DNA of 38,592 nt, taken from positions 1-38,592 of the IMG/VR virus record IMGVR_UViG_3300044508_000022. The stretch is one strand, 5' to 3'. This DNA is from a virus. Lineage: Duplodnaviria; Caudoviricetes. The position numbers were made by a program, and so were the translations under genes. The notes below the pieces were generated by a model. It made no database searches. It was not told the origin of the DNA and saw only the letters and a list, made by a program, of their open reading frames with translations. Shown piece by piece: positions 9,927 to 17,930 of the stretch. Every line of letters starts with the position of its first letter. The first letter of the stretch is position 1.

Positions 9927-10544
9927 TTAAGCGCGCCCTTGCTGCTTGCCGCCAGTACCGGAGCCCCCGCCGGTCGTGTTATCAGGTGTGGCTCCCGTTT
10001 TGGGTATCAAACCCTTCAACTCTCCAGCCTCCTGATCTTTTTCCTCTTGTGTGATACCATCCCGGACAAGGCGGGCTTCAACCCGTTCCATCGTTTTCGT
10101 AGACCGGTCAATTGCGGCCGCGGTAGCCTCGACTACCTGTTTATGAGCTGTTTTCCAGGTCCGGCTCTCTGCCTGGGCATCGATGCGCAGCTCCCTTTCG
10201 GTGGTCGGCGGGGATCCCACCGGCGCGTTTAGAAGCGTTTTACGGGCCTCGGAGTCGCCCCCCTCCGAAGCCTTGCCCGAGGGTAGATCCCCAGCTTCCT
10301 GCGCGCCTAACCCTGCGACAGGGGCAAGCATAGGACCAATCCCAGAATCGAGCCACGTCCGAGAGACACCATAAGTCTTGCAAATCAGATTTCGGTAATT
10401 TTCTTTAGGGGTGGCGGTTTTCTTTTTGCTCAACCAATCATTCAAAAGTCCTGATTTTATATCTAACATATTACAAAACAATGCCTTATTGCCTCGCTTT
10501 CGGCCATGGAAATGATAAATAATCTGCAATATTCTTTCACGCAT
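9927..10544 (-). CDS. Putative CI-like immunity repressor (N-terminal HTH, no S24 domain)
   Basis: HTH-like 'NKALFCNMLDIKSGLLNDWLS...ICKTYGVSRTWLDSGIGPM'; divergent from the cro-like gene. Start is ATG 10544 or TTG 10559. Confidence 0.7.
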   Translation of the reverse strand: MRERILQIIYHFHGRKRGNKALFCNMLDIKSGLLNDWLSKKKTATPKENYRNLICKTYGVSRTWLDSGIGPMLAPVAGLGAQEAGDLPSGKASEGGDSEARKTLLNAPVGSPPTTERELRIDAQAESRTWKTAHKQVVEATAAAIDRSTKTMERVEARLVRDGITQEEKDQEAGELKGLIPKTGATPDNTTGGGSGTGGKQQGRA

Positions 10545-10561
10545 ATTATTTAAAATCAAAA

Positions 10562-10592
10562 TCTTGCAAGAAAATAATTGACTCTTGCAAGA
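10562..10592. promoter_or_regulatory. Two perfect palindromic operators TCTTGCAAGA (10562-10571 and 10583-10592)
   Basis: Identical 10-bp palindromes 21 bp apart in the AT-rich cI/cro intergenic region. Confidence 0.75.
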
Positions 10593-10606
10593 ATATTGTT
10601 TATCTT
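10578..10606 (+). promoter_or_regulatory. Rightward early (lytic) sigma70-type promoter
   Basis: TTGACT-N17-TATCTT, overlapped by the second operator. Confidence 0.65.
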
Positions 10607-10661
10607 TCTTTTATCATTTTCTTTATCGGTAAAATACCTTTTAGCTTGATAGGAGTCAATT

Positions 10662-10844
10662 ATGGTAACAAAAATGGAAATTAAGGAATCCGGTCTTTCC
10701 CGGAAAGAGGTGGCGCAGGCTATCGGGATGAAATACATGCGGCTCTCGAACAAGCTCTGCGGATTCTCGGATTTCACGCCCGAAGAGGAGTCCCGGATCC
10801 GCGAGGTTTTGGCTGAGGCAAAAGCGAGACGGAGCGCGGCATGA
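10662..10844 (+). CDS. Cro-like HTH regulator
   Basis: 60 aa XRE-type HTH 'GLSRKEVAQAIGMKYMRLSNKLCG'; RBS AGGAG. Confidence 0.75.
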   Translation: MVTKMEIKESGLSRKEVAQAIGMKYMRLSNKLCGFSDFTPEEESRIREVLAEAKARRSAA

Positions 10845-11005
10845 TTACCGCCGCTGATGCCAAAAACATACTCCTGGACCTCCGCGATTACGAGAAGCGC
10901 GATTATGTCCGGGAAGCCATCGACATCGCCCTCTGCGCGATAAATTACCGGCTGCTGGTGGAGAAGGACCGCATAATCATAGCGCGGGAGAAATCCAATG
11001 GCTGA
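10841..11005 (+). CDS. Small hypothetical protein (54 aa, not in the ORF track)
   Basis: ATGA overlap with the cro stop; MITAADAKNILLDLRDYEKRDYVREAIDIALCAINYRLLVEKDRIIIAREKSNG fills the gap to xis. Confidence 0.6.
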   Translation: MITAADAKNILLDLRDYEKRDYVREAIDIALCAINYRLLVEKDRIIIAREKSNG

Positions 11006-11204
11006 TATTCTCGCCCTTCCACAGCGCCCCCTTATCACCGGCCGGGAGCTGGCCGAACGCCTGGGCTTGGCTTATCAAACGATTAAAGTCTGGTCTTCCA
11101 AAGGGAAGCTCTCAGATCTGCAGATCCGCATCGGTACCCATGCTGTAAAATATGACCCCGAGCAGGTTGAACATGCGATAAGGAGCGGACGCTTTGCCGC
11201 TTAA
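10998..11204 (+). CDS. xis: Excisionase-like winged-HTH protein
   Basis: 'LITGRELAERLGLAYQTIKVWSSKGKL...IRIG..VKY' fits the HTH_17/AlpA pattern; upstream of the integrase. Confidence 0.65.
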   Translation: MADILALPQRPLITGRELAERLGLAYQTIKVWSSKGKLSDLQIRIGTHAVKYDPEQVEHAIRSGRFAA

Positions 11205-11217
11205 TGAATGGAGCTGC

Positions 11218-11415
11218 ATGGAACGGGATGAGGCAAAACAATATCTGGAAAAGCGCGGATACAAAATCAACACCATGACCGAAATCCAGATTGAAGAGCT
11301 GATCCGAAATATCTATGAGCTCCGCGACAGAATCGAACAGATGCCCGGCGATAAGGTCCTCAAAGCCATGTACGGAAAAACCGAGAAGGATATCGAAGCA
11401 CTTTCCGCTTTATAA
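11218..11415 (+). CDS. Hypothetical protein
   Basis: RBS GGAG before ATG 11218; lies in the operon. Confidence 0.55.
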   Translation: MERDEAKQYLEKRGYKINTMTEIQIEELIRNIYELRDRIEQMPGDKVLKAMYGKTEKDIEALSAL

Positions 11416-11506
11416 CCCATGAACCCATGAGGAAGATTTGCAGCATGCTACCCGTAAAACCTATCTTCTCGGCGAGCTCCGTTTTGTCCCAAAAAGGAGT
11501 GGAACG

Positions 11507-12610
11507 ATGGGACTAAAACGGATTGGACCGAACACGTGGAAATACGATGTCCACGTTGACGGGGTGGCGGAGCGGCCGCGGGGAATATTCGAGGGCAAAC
11601 GCTTTGAAGCGGAGGCCTTCTACGCGGCAAAGAAAACCGAGCTCCGGACGGGCTCTTTGACATTCCGAACAGTAGGGGAAATTTTTGCGAGATACAAGGC
11701 GGACCATTATCACAAGACGGCCCGCTATCTGAAAACGCCCAAGCAGTTCGAATCTATCATGGCCGGAATTGGCCATTACGACCTGAAGGAATTCAAGGAA
11801 TCGCACTGGCGCAGCTGGCTGGAGAGGAAAGAGGCAGAAGGATACAAGGCCGGGAAGAGCAAGAAGCGCCGGTCATATTCTTTTGGCACATTGGATCTTT
11901 TCACTATCACGGCTAAATCGGCTTTCCAATGGGCGGTTGATCATTGCGGATACACATCGAACCCGCTGAAGAACTTTCCGCTCTATGACAAGGACAACCG
12001 GAAATATTGGACCTATTCTCCCAAGAACTATGACGACCTGATTCGAGAGGCCACCGGGCATCAATACGAGATGTTCTTCCGGGCCTGCAGGGCTTGGCCG
12101 CATCGCTCGGGAGAGTTCATGGTCCTATCCGGCGCGGATCTCCTGGATACCGGGATTAAGGTTGAGGACCCGAATACGAAAGAGGGGGAAGGGGGAATCC
12201 TTCCTTTCCCGAAATCAGATCCTCGGCTTTCTGAATACCTGAAGGCCATCCCGCGATCGTGCCCGCATCTTTTTTGCACGGCCGCCGGCCACAGCCTGAT
12301 CAAGCGCGCGCCTATGAATGGGAATAATCTGCGCCGCTGGCTCCGGTCGAAACAGGCGAAGCTCCAGCTTCCCGGGGCCCAGCTGCACGGGTTCCGGCGT
12401 TCCGGTGTGGTCCACATGATCCGCGGAGGAGCCAGCATCCCGGCCGCAATGAAAGCCGGGTCATGGTCGCCTAAGTCCATCGAGATGTTTCTGGACCGTT
12501 ACGTCCGGTTGACCACGGAAGACGTGGCAGACGCAATGGACAAGGCGGAAAAATACCGTCAGGCTGGACAAATCCTGGACAAATCAGGCGCGAAATCGGA
12601 GGCTGCATAA
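11507..12610 (+). CDS. int: Tyrosine integrase
   Basis: Catalytic set R (HRSGE), K (TKEG), HxxR (HGFRR), W (AGSW), Y (DRY); RBS AAAAGGAG before ATG 11507; adjacent to attP. Confidence 0.9.
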   Translation: MGLKRIGPNTWKYDVHVDGVAERPRGIFEGKRFEAEAFYAAKKTELRTGSLTFRTVGEIFARYKADHYHKTARYLKTPKQFESIMAGIGHYDLKEFKESHWRSWLERKEAEGYKAGKSKKRRSYSFGTLDLFTITAKSAFQWAVDHCGYTSNPLKNFPLYDKDNRKYWTYSPKNYDDLIREATGHQYEMFFRACRAWPHRSGEFMVLSGADLLDTGIKVEDPNTKEGEGGILPFPKSDPRLSEYLKAIPRSCPHLFCTAAGHSLIKRAPMNGNNLRRWLRSKQAKLQLPGAQLHGFRRSGVVHMIRGGASIPAAMKAGSWSPKSIEMFLDRYVRLTTEDVADAMDKAEKYRQAGQILDKSGAKSEAA

Positions 12611-12689
12611 TGGTAGCTTCCGCGCAATGCCTTGGAATAAAAGGAATTGAGACGCACGGATTCAGCGTCGAGAACGGTGGAATTATTTG

Positions 12690-12731
12690 TTCCCAAGGTG
12701 GCTGTCGCGGGTTCAAGTCCCGTCTCTCGCT
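12690..12731 (+). mobile_element. attP core equal to the 3' half of tRNA-Gly(CCC)
   Basis: TTCCCAA-GGTGG-CTGTC-GCGGG-TTCAAGT-CCCGT-CTCTCGC-T gives anticodon loop, T-arm and acceptor 3' strand. No 5' half is present. Lies 80 bp after int. Confidence 0.9.
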
Positions 12732-12740
12732 TAAAAATAC

Positions 12741-12780
12741 TCCCCTTGTAGGTCAAGCACTTACAAGGGGATTTCTCTTT
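12741..12780 (+). terminator. Terminator after the reconstituted tRNA
   Basis: TCCCCTTGTA/TACAAGGGGA stem followed by TTTCTCTTT. Confidence 0.7.
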
Positions 12781-12940
12781 CTATCCTCTATTTTCTGTGA
12801 AATCCCAGGTGGCGAAATTCGTTCAGAAGTACAGGCCGGTATATGCCGGTATATGAAAACCTGGACAAAACCTGGACAAAAAACCGGACAATTCGGAGCT
12901 CAGGGAAATAGCGGACTGAAAGCGATTCGACACTATAAAT

Positions 12941-12974
12941 GCCTTCTCGGGTAATCCCCGGGGAGGCTTTTTTT
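12941..12974 (+). terminator. Intrinsic terminator upstream of the replication genes
   Basis: GCCTTCTCGGG/CCCGGGGAGGC stem followed by T7. Confidence 0.8.
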
Positions 12975-12988
12975 ATTTGGAGCTGATC

Positions 12989-13159
12989 ATGAAGATGCAC
13001 ATCGAAGATTATTGCCGGGCCTGCCATACGAATAACACGCTCGATGTCGAGGCTGTTCCCGGTCCGGTACCATGCGCATTTTGCGGGAAGAGTCTCGGAG
13101 TGATTTCGAGTCACTACCCCAGCAATGAGACGGCGCCGGTGGATGTGGTTGCGGCCTGA
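12989..13159 (+). CDS. Small zinc-ribbon protein
   Basis: CRAC...CAFC; RBS GGAG. Confidence 0.6.
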   Translation: MKMHIEDYCRACHTNNTLDVEAVPGPVPCAFCGKSLGVISSHYPSNETAPVDVVAA

Positions 13160-13277
13160 CCGGTTGAGGAGCTGATCGGGCTGAGAAGCCCTTGCGCTTG
13201 AGGAGGCGCCGGGGTGCAAAACGAGAATAACTTAGGTGGGGCCTCCCCAGTATTATTTCGCAACGGAGAACGGCATC

Positions 13278-13985
13278 ATGGCTAAAGATCCGGCTTTCCT
13301 TTTTTATTACGTCGATTTCGCATGGGGTACCAGGAAGATGGACCGGCGGCACAAAGGCGCATACGTTGACCTTCTGATCCTCCAAGCGGATAAGTTTGCA
13401 GCAAAAGGCGAATATCGGATTACCCTGGATGAAATTCAGGCCGAACTCGGGAAGGATTTTGACTGCTGGGAGGATCTTCAATCCAAGTACGTTTGTGTGC
13501 GACAGGGTGACACTCAGATGTTTTTTAATCTCAAGCTCTATGAAGTTCAAAAGGAACGCCTCAATTTTTGTAAGTCTCGTAGAAATAACAGATTGCAATC
13601 AAAACAAGTGAAAATCACTAGTCAAACACTTGTGCCACATATGGAAGATGAATTGAGATCAGATGAAGATAAAGGATCTAATCCGGAAGGGGATTCAAAA
13701 GGGGAGGATTGGCGAGACTCATTCCCGGCATACCAGAAAGAGCTTGAACGGCAGCTGTCGGAGCTCATGCAGGATCGCGAATGGTTCGCTGATCGTGAGC
13801 GATATCATTCTGGCCTGGACATCAAGCTATCCATTGAAAAGACGCTGAATGACTTCTGGGGTACAGAGGTAGGCTGGAAATGGAAGATTGACAGCAAGGT
13901 GGAAACCTTTAACCTCAAGCAGACACTGACGAATGCCCTGAGCGATAAGCGAAACCAGGTCTGGAAACAAAAACCAAAGGTATAA
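13278..13985 (+). CDS. Putative replication initiator (YdaU/DUF1376-like N-terminus)
   Basis: 'MAKDPAFLFYYVDF..GT..M....KGAYVDLLILQ' is typical of this family; RBS GGAG. Confidence 0.65.
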   Translation: MAKDPAFLFYYVDFAWGTRKMDRRHKGAYVDLLILQADKFAAKGEYRITLDEIQAELGKDFDCWEDLQSKYVCVRQGDTQMFFNLKLYEVQKERLNFCKSRRNNRLQSKQVKITSQTLVPHMEDELRSDEDKGSNPEGDSKGEDWRDSFPAYQKELERQLSELMQDREWFADRERYHSGLDIKLSIEKTLNDFWGTEVGWKWKIDSKVETFNLKQTLTNALSDKRNQVWKQKPKV

Positions 13986-13987
13986 CC

Positions 13988-14272
13988 ATGGGAAAAAGGT
14001 ATTCCCTCGATGAAGAAAAGCCGGTCCGCCGGCGCTGCCCCGAATGCTGCTTTTACATCCGCATCAATGGGCAGTGGCAAAAAGAGGCGAATGAGGACGG
14101 GCACCCGAGATTTTCCGGAATGCCCGGCATGCGGTTTTATCACGATCCGGATTCCAAGGACATGTATGAGCGAATCGGATTTAACACGCCCTGTACTTGC
14201 GCGGCCGGCGCTCAGGTCCGTGAAGGATACAAGAACGAGGAAGAAAAGGAATTGCAAAAGGAGGTGGCTTGA
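13988..14272 (+). CDS. Cys-rich hypothetical protein
   Basis: CPEC...CTC; follows the initiator, in the position of a helicase-loader-type Zn domain. Confidence 0.6.
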   Translation: MGKRYSLDEEKPVRRRCPECCFYIRINGQWQKEANEDGHPRFSGMPGMRFYHDPDSKDMYERIGFNTPCTCAAGAQVREGYKNEEEKELQKEVA

Positions 14273-14469
14273 TGGAAGGCAAACTCACAAAGGAGCAGCT
14301 GGACGAACTGGACCGCACGTTTGATCGGCTACTCGAAAGGCGGAAGAAGGTATTCATTGAAATCACGGAAACCAACGCGGAGATCGACAACATCCTGGCC
14401 ACGCGCCAGCTGCATATCAACGCGGTGATTGCAGAGGAAAAGGCCAAGGGGGTGGCAAATGGAAACTAA
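14272..14469 (+). CDS. Small coiled-coil hypothetical protein
   Basis: RBS AAGGAGG; TGATG overlap with the previous stop. Confidence 0.6.
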   Translation: MEGKLTKEQLDELDRTFDRLLERRKKVFIEITETNAEIDNILATRQLHINAVIAEEKAKGVANGN

Positions 14470-14589
14470 GCTTTTCCCTCTGGAGCGCTATAACCGCTTT
14501 TACACCTCCGATTGCCCTGCGCTGTTTATCCCGAAGCGTGGTTTCTCTGCGTTCATGAACCTGATCTTCCAGACGCGGAGCAAAAACTA

Positions 14590-14811
14590 ATGAAAGCGCT
14601 AATTTTTCACAGAAAGATCTACGGACACAAAGCCAAATGCTGCAGATGCGGGTTTGAGGTTGAAGTGTTGAACAAGAACAGCGCCCAGGCCGCCATCATA
14701 TTCGAGCATCGTGGATGGAAGATTAAGGACTCGAATGGCGTGAAAGAAGCCAGCGGCGAACCTTGCGGCGGAGATATCTGCGGGTTCTGCAATCCAAAAA
14801 TAGTGAAGTAG
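14590..14811 (+). CDS. Cys-rich hypothetical protein
   Basis: TAATG coupling to a 43-aa ORF at 14459-14590; CCRC...CGFC. Confidence 0.5.
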   Translation: MKALIFHRKIYGHKAKCCRCGFEVEVLNKNSAQAAIIFEHRGWKIKDSNGVKEASGEPCGGDICGFCNPKIVK

Positions 14812-14835
14812 TAACCTTAAAAAAGGAGTGGAAGA

Positions 14836-15873
14836 ATGGAACAGCAAAACCAAAACGAGCCGAATGAAATCCAAGTCATGGATTCAACGGCTATTCAATC
14901 AATCACGTCTGCCGAGATAGACGTCCAGATCGCGACGGCCCACAAGTACCCGCGATCTCTGGCGCAATTCGTGAAGAGGGCCACGGAGATGGCGACCCTG
15001 GACGTGGACACGGCCGCGGCCTGTATTTATCGCAAGCCGGTCGGAAAGAACGCCAACGGCAGCGTAAAATACGCGGAAGGCAAAAGCGTCCGCCTGGCTG
15101 AAATCGTCGGAGCCTGTTATGGAAATCTTCGCGTCGGCTCTATGCTTGTGGAGCAGGATGCGCGCTTCGTTAAATCCCGCGGATTCGCGCACGACCTTGA
15201 AACGAATTTTGCCAGTTCCTCGGAATGCGTGGAGGCCACGGTATATTCCAGCGGAACCAACAGAGGGAAGCCTTACACCGATCAGATGCGTATCACCATA
15301 GCCAAGGCCACGTTGGCCAAGGCCAGACGGGACGCTACCTTCCAGGTGGTCCCCGGAGCTCTTTGCAAGAGCATAGAGCTTGCTGCGCGGAAAACGGCTA
15401 TAGGTACAGCTGAGACCCTCGGCGCGCGTCGGTTGGCCGTCATGGACTGGATTTCAAAAGCCGGTGTCTCGGAAGAGCGGTTTTTCCATGCCCTGGGCAT
15501 CGGGGGCGTGGATGACATCGGAGCTGATATCCTGGCGACAATTACTGGAATTCGGACGGCTCTAAAAGACGGAGACACGACCTTTGACGAGGCTTTCCCG
15601 GAGCTGGACAAGAACAGCGTATCGGCACCGCGGTCAAAGTCCGAATCTACGGCAGCGCCAGCTCAGACCACCGAAGTCAAACCTGCAGAGCCGGACGCAC
15701 GCAAGGAATACCAGGAGCTCGATGACCTGGCCAAGCGGGCATCGAAGAAGGTCCAGGACAAAATTAAGGACATCAAAGAGGCCTTCTGCAAAAAGCACAA
15801 CACAACGCCCGATGATTTTACTCAGGCTCAGCTCTCTGAAATTGTTCCTCAGCTGCGCGAGGTCCTGATATGA
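14836..15873 (+). CDS. Putative recombination / ssDNA-annealing protein
   Basis: 'AEIDVQIATAHKYPR...SVRLAE..YGNL' conserved-looking core with a variable C-terminal tail; coupled to a PD-(D/E)xK nuclease. Confidence 0.5.
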   Translation: MEQQNQNEPNEIQVMDSTAIQSITSAEIDVQIATAHKYPRSLAQFVKRATEMATLDVDTAAACIYRKPVGKNANGSVKYAEGKSVRLAEIVGACYGNLRVGSMLVEQDARFVKSRGFAHDLETNFASSSECVEATVYSSGTNRGKPYTDQMRITIAKATLAKARRDATFQVVPGALCKSIELAARKTAIGTAETLGARRLAVMDWISKAGVSEERFFHALGIGGVDDIGADILATITGIRTALKDGDTTFDEAFPELDKNSVSAPRSKSESTAAPAQTTEVKPAEPDARKEYQELDDLAKRASKKVQDKIKDIKEAFCKKHNTTPDDFTQAQLSEIVPQLREVLI

Positions 15874-16472
15874 CGCTTTATGAGCAGGGCCGCCTCGCCT
15901 TTTACGAGTCCACACATGAGTATCGCCTGGATGGGGTGATCAAGCCTGGCGCGACTCAGGTCCTGGAAGACGTCGGCCTTTCCGACTATTCCCGGATCCC
16001 GGTGGACCAGTTGGCGGCCGCCCAGGAGCGCGGGGACCGTGTCCATGAGATAACCAGGCTGTGGGACATCTCGGATTTGGATGAGACCAGCCTGAATGAT
16101 TTCGGACGCCGGTACCTGGACAGCTGGGTCAAGTTCAGGGCGCACTACCTGCCCACTGTTTCCAAGTTCGACCTGGTCGAGAGCCCGCTGGCCAGCCTGC
16201 TTTATCAATATGCCGGCCGTCCGGACCGGGTGGTCCGCGGTTTATGCGTCCTGGATATCAAAAGCGGAGCGGATTGCCCTTCCGCTCGATACCAGCTCGC
16301 GGCCTACGAGCAGCTCTGGAAGGAGGAGCTTGAGCCGAAGGACAGGCTGGAGCGATGGGTGGTATATCTCTCACCGGATGGAGAAGAGGGGCGCCTGGTC
16401 CGCTGCAAGGATAAAACGGACTGGTCGATCTTCATGTCTGCGAAAAACGTGTATCATGCGAAAAGGAAGTAA
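15870..16472 (+). CDS. PD-(D/E)xK exonuclease
   Basis: 'RGDRVH', 'VE', 'YAGRPD', 'LDIKSG' and 'QLAAY' motifs. Confidence 0.85.
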   Translation: MTLYEQGRLAFYESTHEYRLDGVIKPGATQVLEDVGLSDYSRIPVDQLAAAQERGDRVHEITRLWDISDLDETSLNDFGRRYLDSWVKFRAHYLPTVSKFDLVESPLASLLYQYAGRPDRVVRGLCVLDIKSGADCPSARYQLAAYEQLWKEELEPKDRLERWVVYLSPDGEEGRLVRCKDKTDWSIFMSAKNVYHAKRK

Positions 16473-16492
16473 CCTTAAAAAAGGAGTGGAAA

Positions 16493-17449
16493 ATGTCTTT
16501 TGAACTCGAAGCCGTATCAACGACCGTGCGCGCCGAGGTGGAGTCCACGGTCAAGGCCCTTCTGGACGGTGGAACGATTACCGAAATTCAGAACGGCCAG
16601 CAATTCGAAAACGCGAATACCCTTCTGCAGCTGGTGAAGGCGAAGAAGAAGTATCTGGAGGAGCTGAGGGCGGACCAGCTGGCGCCCTTGCGCACGAAGA
16701 CGGACGCCATCAACGACTATTTCCGGCAGTTCGTGGACCTGGACAAGAAGAATCCCCAGGGCCAACTGGATATCCTGGAGAACAAGATCAAGGTGCCCAT
16801 GATTGCCTTCCAGCGCGCCGAAGAGCAGCGCCGCATCGAGGCGCAGCGAAAGGCGGATGAAGAGGCACGCCGGCAGCGCGAGGCCGCGGAGGCTGAGGCC
16901 CGGAAGAAGCGGGAGGCTGAGGAGAAGGCCCGGCGGGAAGCCGAGGAGAAACGGCGGCAGGCCGAGGAGGCGGCCAGGCGTGAGGCTCTGGCCAAGGAGG
17001 AGGCGGAACGGAAGAGGCGGGCAGCTGCAGAGGCCACAAGCCGGACGGCCAAAGAAAAGGCGGAAAGGGAAGCGCGGGAAGCGGAAGCGCGGGCCCAGGC
17101 GGAGGCTGAAGCCAAAGCCCAGGCCGAGAAGGAGGCCCTGAAGGCTGACAGACAGGCGGACCGGAACGCGGCCGCGGCCGACCAGGCTCTGGAGGTTCAA
17201 TCCTCGGTTGTTCCCCAGGTCATTCAGTCCGCGGCGAAGGCCAAAGGGTTCAGCGTGGCCAAGACCTACAAGGCCGAGGTAGTAGATGAAGAAGCCTTCA
17301 AACTGTGGTGCATGCAGAACGACAAGCTGCATTATCTGCTCGTCGATACGAAGCTCCTGAACAAAGCGGTCAAGGTGGAAGGGCTGAATTTCAAGGCGCA
17401 CGGGATCCGGGTGGCCGAAGATTTCAGCGCAAGGTCCCAGGCAGCTTAA
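16493..17449 (+). CDS. Coiled-coil protein with a long E/A/R/K-rich linker
   Basis: Strong RBS; charged single-helix tract; follows the recombination genes. Confidence 0.75.
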   Translation: MSFELEAVSTTVRAEVESTVKALLDGGTITEIQNGQQFENANTLLQLVKAKKKYLEELRADQLAPLRTKTDAINDYFRQFVDLDKKNPQGQLDILENKIKVPMIAFQRAEEQRRIEAQRKADEEARRQREAAEAEARKKREAEEKARREAEEKRRQAEEAARREALAKEEAERKRRAAAEATSRTAKEKAEREAREAEARAQAEAEAKAQAEKEALKADRQADRNAAAADQALEVQSSVVPQVIQSAAKAKGFSVAKTYKAEVVDEEAFKLWCMQNDKLHYLLVDTKLLNKAVKVEGLNFKAHGIRVAEDFSARSQAA

Positions 17450-17455
17450 ATAATT

Positions 17456-17537
17456 GGCCGTCATCACTCATCGGGCGTTAAACCCGTAGCCGGGAATTGC
17501 CGAGTCGATGAGGTCCCGCGGTAGGCGGCGGGCGGCC
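17456..17537 (+). ncRNA. Candidate branched intergenic RNA
   Basis: GGCCGTC/GGCGGCC closes CTCATCGG/TCGATGAG (with inner CCCG-TAGC-CGGG) and CCGC-GGTAG-GCGG. Confidence 0.4.
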
Positions 17538-17553
17538 TTAAAAGGATGGACAC

Positions 17554-17790
17554 ATGAAAATTATCGAAGCCCTGAAGCTCCTGACACTGATGGTCATTGC
17601 TGCGCTGCTGTACTTGTGCATGCAGGAGATGCGGCGAGACCATGAGTTGAGGGGCTCCGTTATAAACCTGGAATCCAAGGTCAGCTCATTCGAAGAGTGC
17701 TTGCGCACCATGGGGACCATCGCACAGACAAACCTCATCGATGCAAAGGATACTTGGGCGGCCGTGAAACGCGAAAGGAGGAAACGGTGA
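17554..17790 (+). CDS. Small membrane-anchored protein
   Basis: N-terminal hydrophobic helix; RBS AAAGGA. Confidence 0.55.
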   Translation: MKIIEALKLLTLMVIAALLYLCMQEMRRDHELRGSVINLESKVSSFEECLRTMGTIAQTNLIDAKDTWAAVKRERRKR

Positions 17791-17930
17791 GCGAGCATGA
17801 CGCATACTTGAAGGCGCTTCTGATTGTCGCCGCTCTTTTCCTTCTGGCTGCAATTCATATCCGCTCGCACCTGAAGGACGATCCGAGATTCGCGCATTTA
17901 TTCAAGAAGCGCGGCGGGAGAGTCTCATGA
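17787..17930 (+). CDS. Small single-TM protein
   Basis: GTGA overlap, RBS AGGAGG; hydrophobic ALLIVAALFLLAAI. Confidence 0.5.
   Translation: MSEHDAYLKALLIVAALFLLAAIHIRSHLKDDPRFAHLFKKRGGRVS

Larger units (their letters stand above)
12564..12891. repeat. Putative integrase arm-type sites: CTGGACAAA at 12564, 12575, 12861, 12872 and degenerate at 12884
   Basis: 11-bp-periodic direct repeats on both sides of the tRNA-like core. Confidence 0.65.

Noticed and set aside
9772-10002. Open reverse-strand frame overlapping the repressor 3' end (…DDSAHYLIIELILRAISILAFRS…)
   Set aside because: No standard start codon near its 5' end and no clear frameshift signal.
12660-12735. Intact tRNA gene
   Set aside because: Only the anticodon loop to acceptor 3' strand is present. 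The upstream sequence cannot form a D-arm or the 5' acceptor strand, so it is read as attP.
12610-12954. 114-aa ORF spanning attP
   Set aside because: Crosses the tRNA fragment, terminators and arm repeats, with no protein-like features.
16517-17467. 316-aa reverse-strand ORF (and similar long antisense ORFs at 26724-27503, 29541-30257, 30212-30916)
   Set aside because: Shadows of codon-biased sense genes; low-complexity translations and no operon context.
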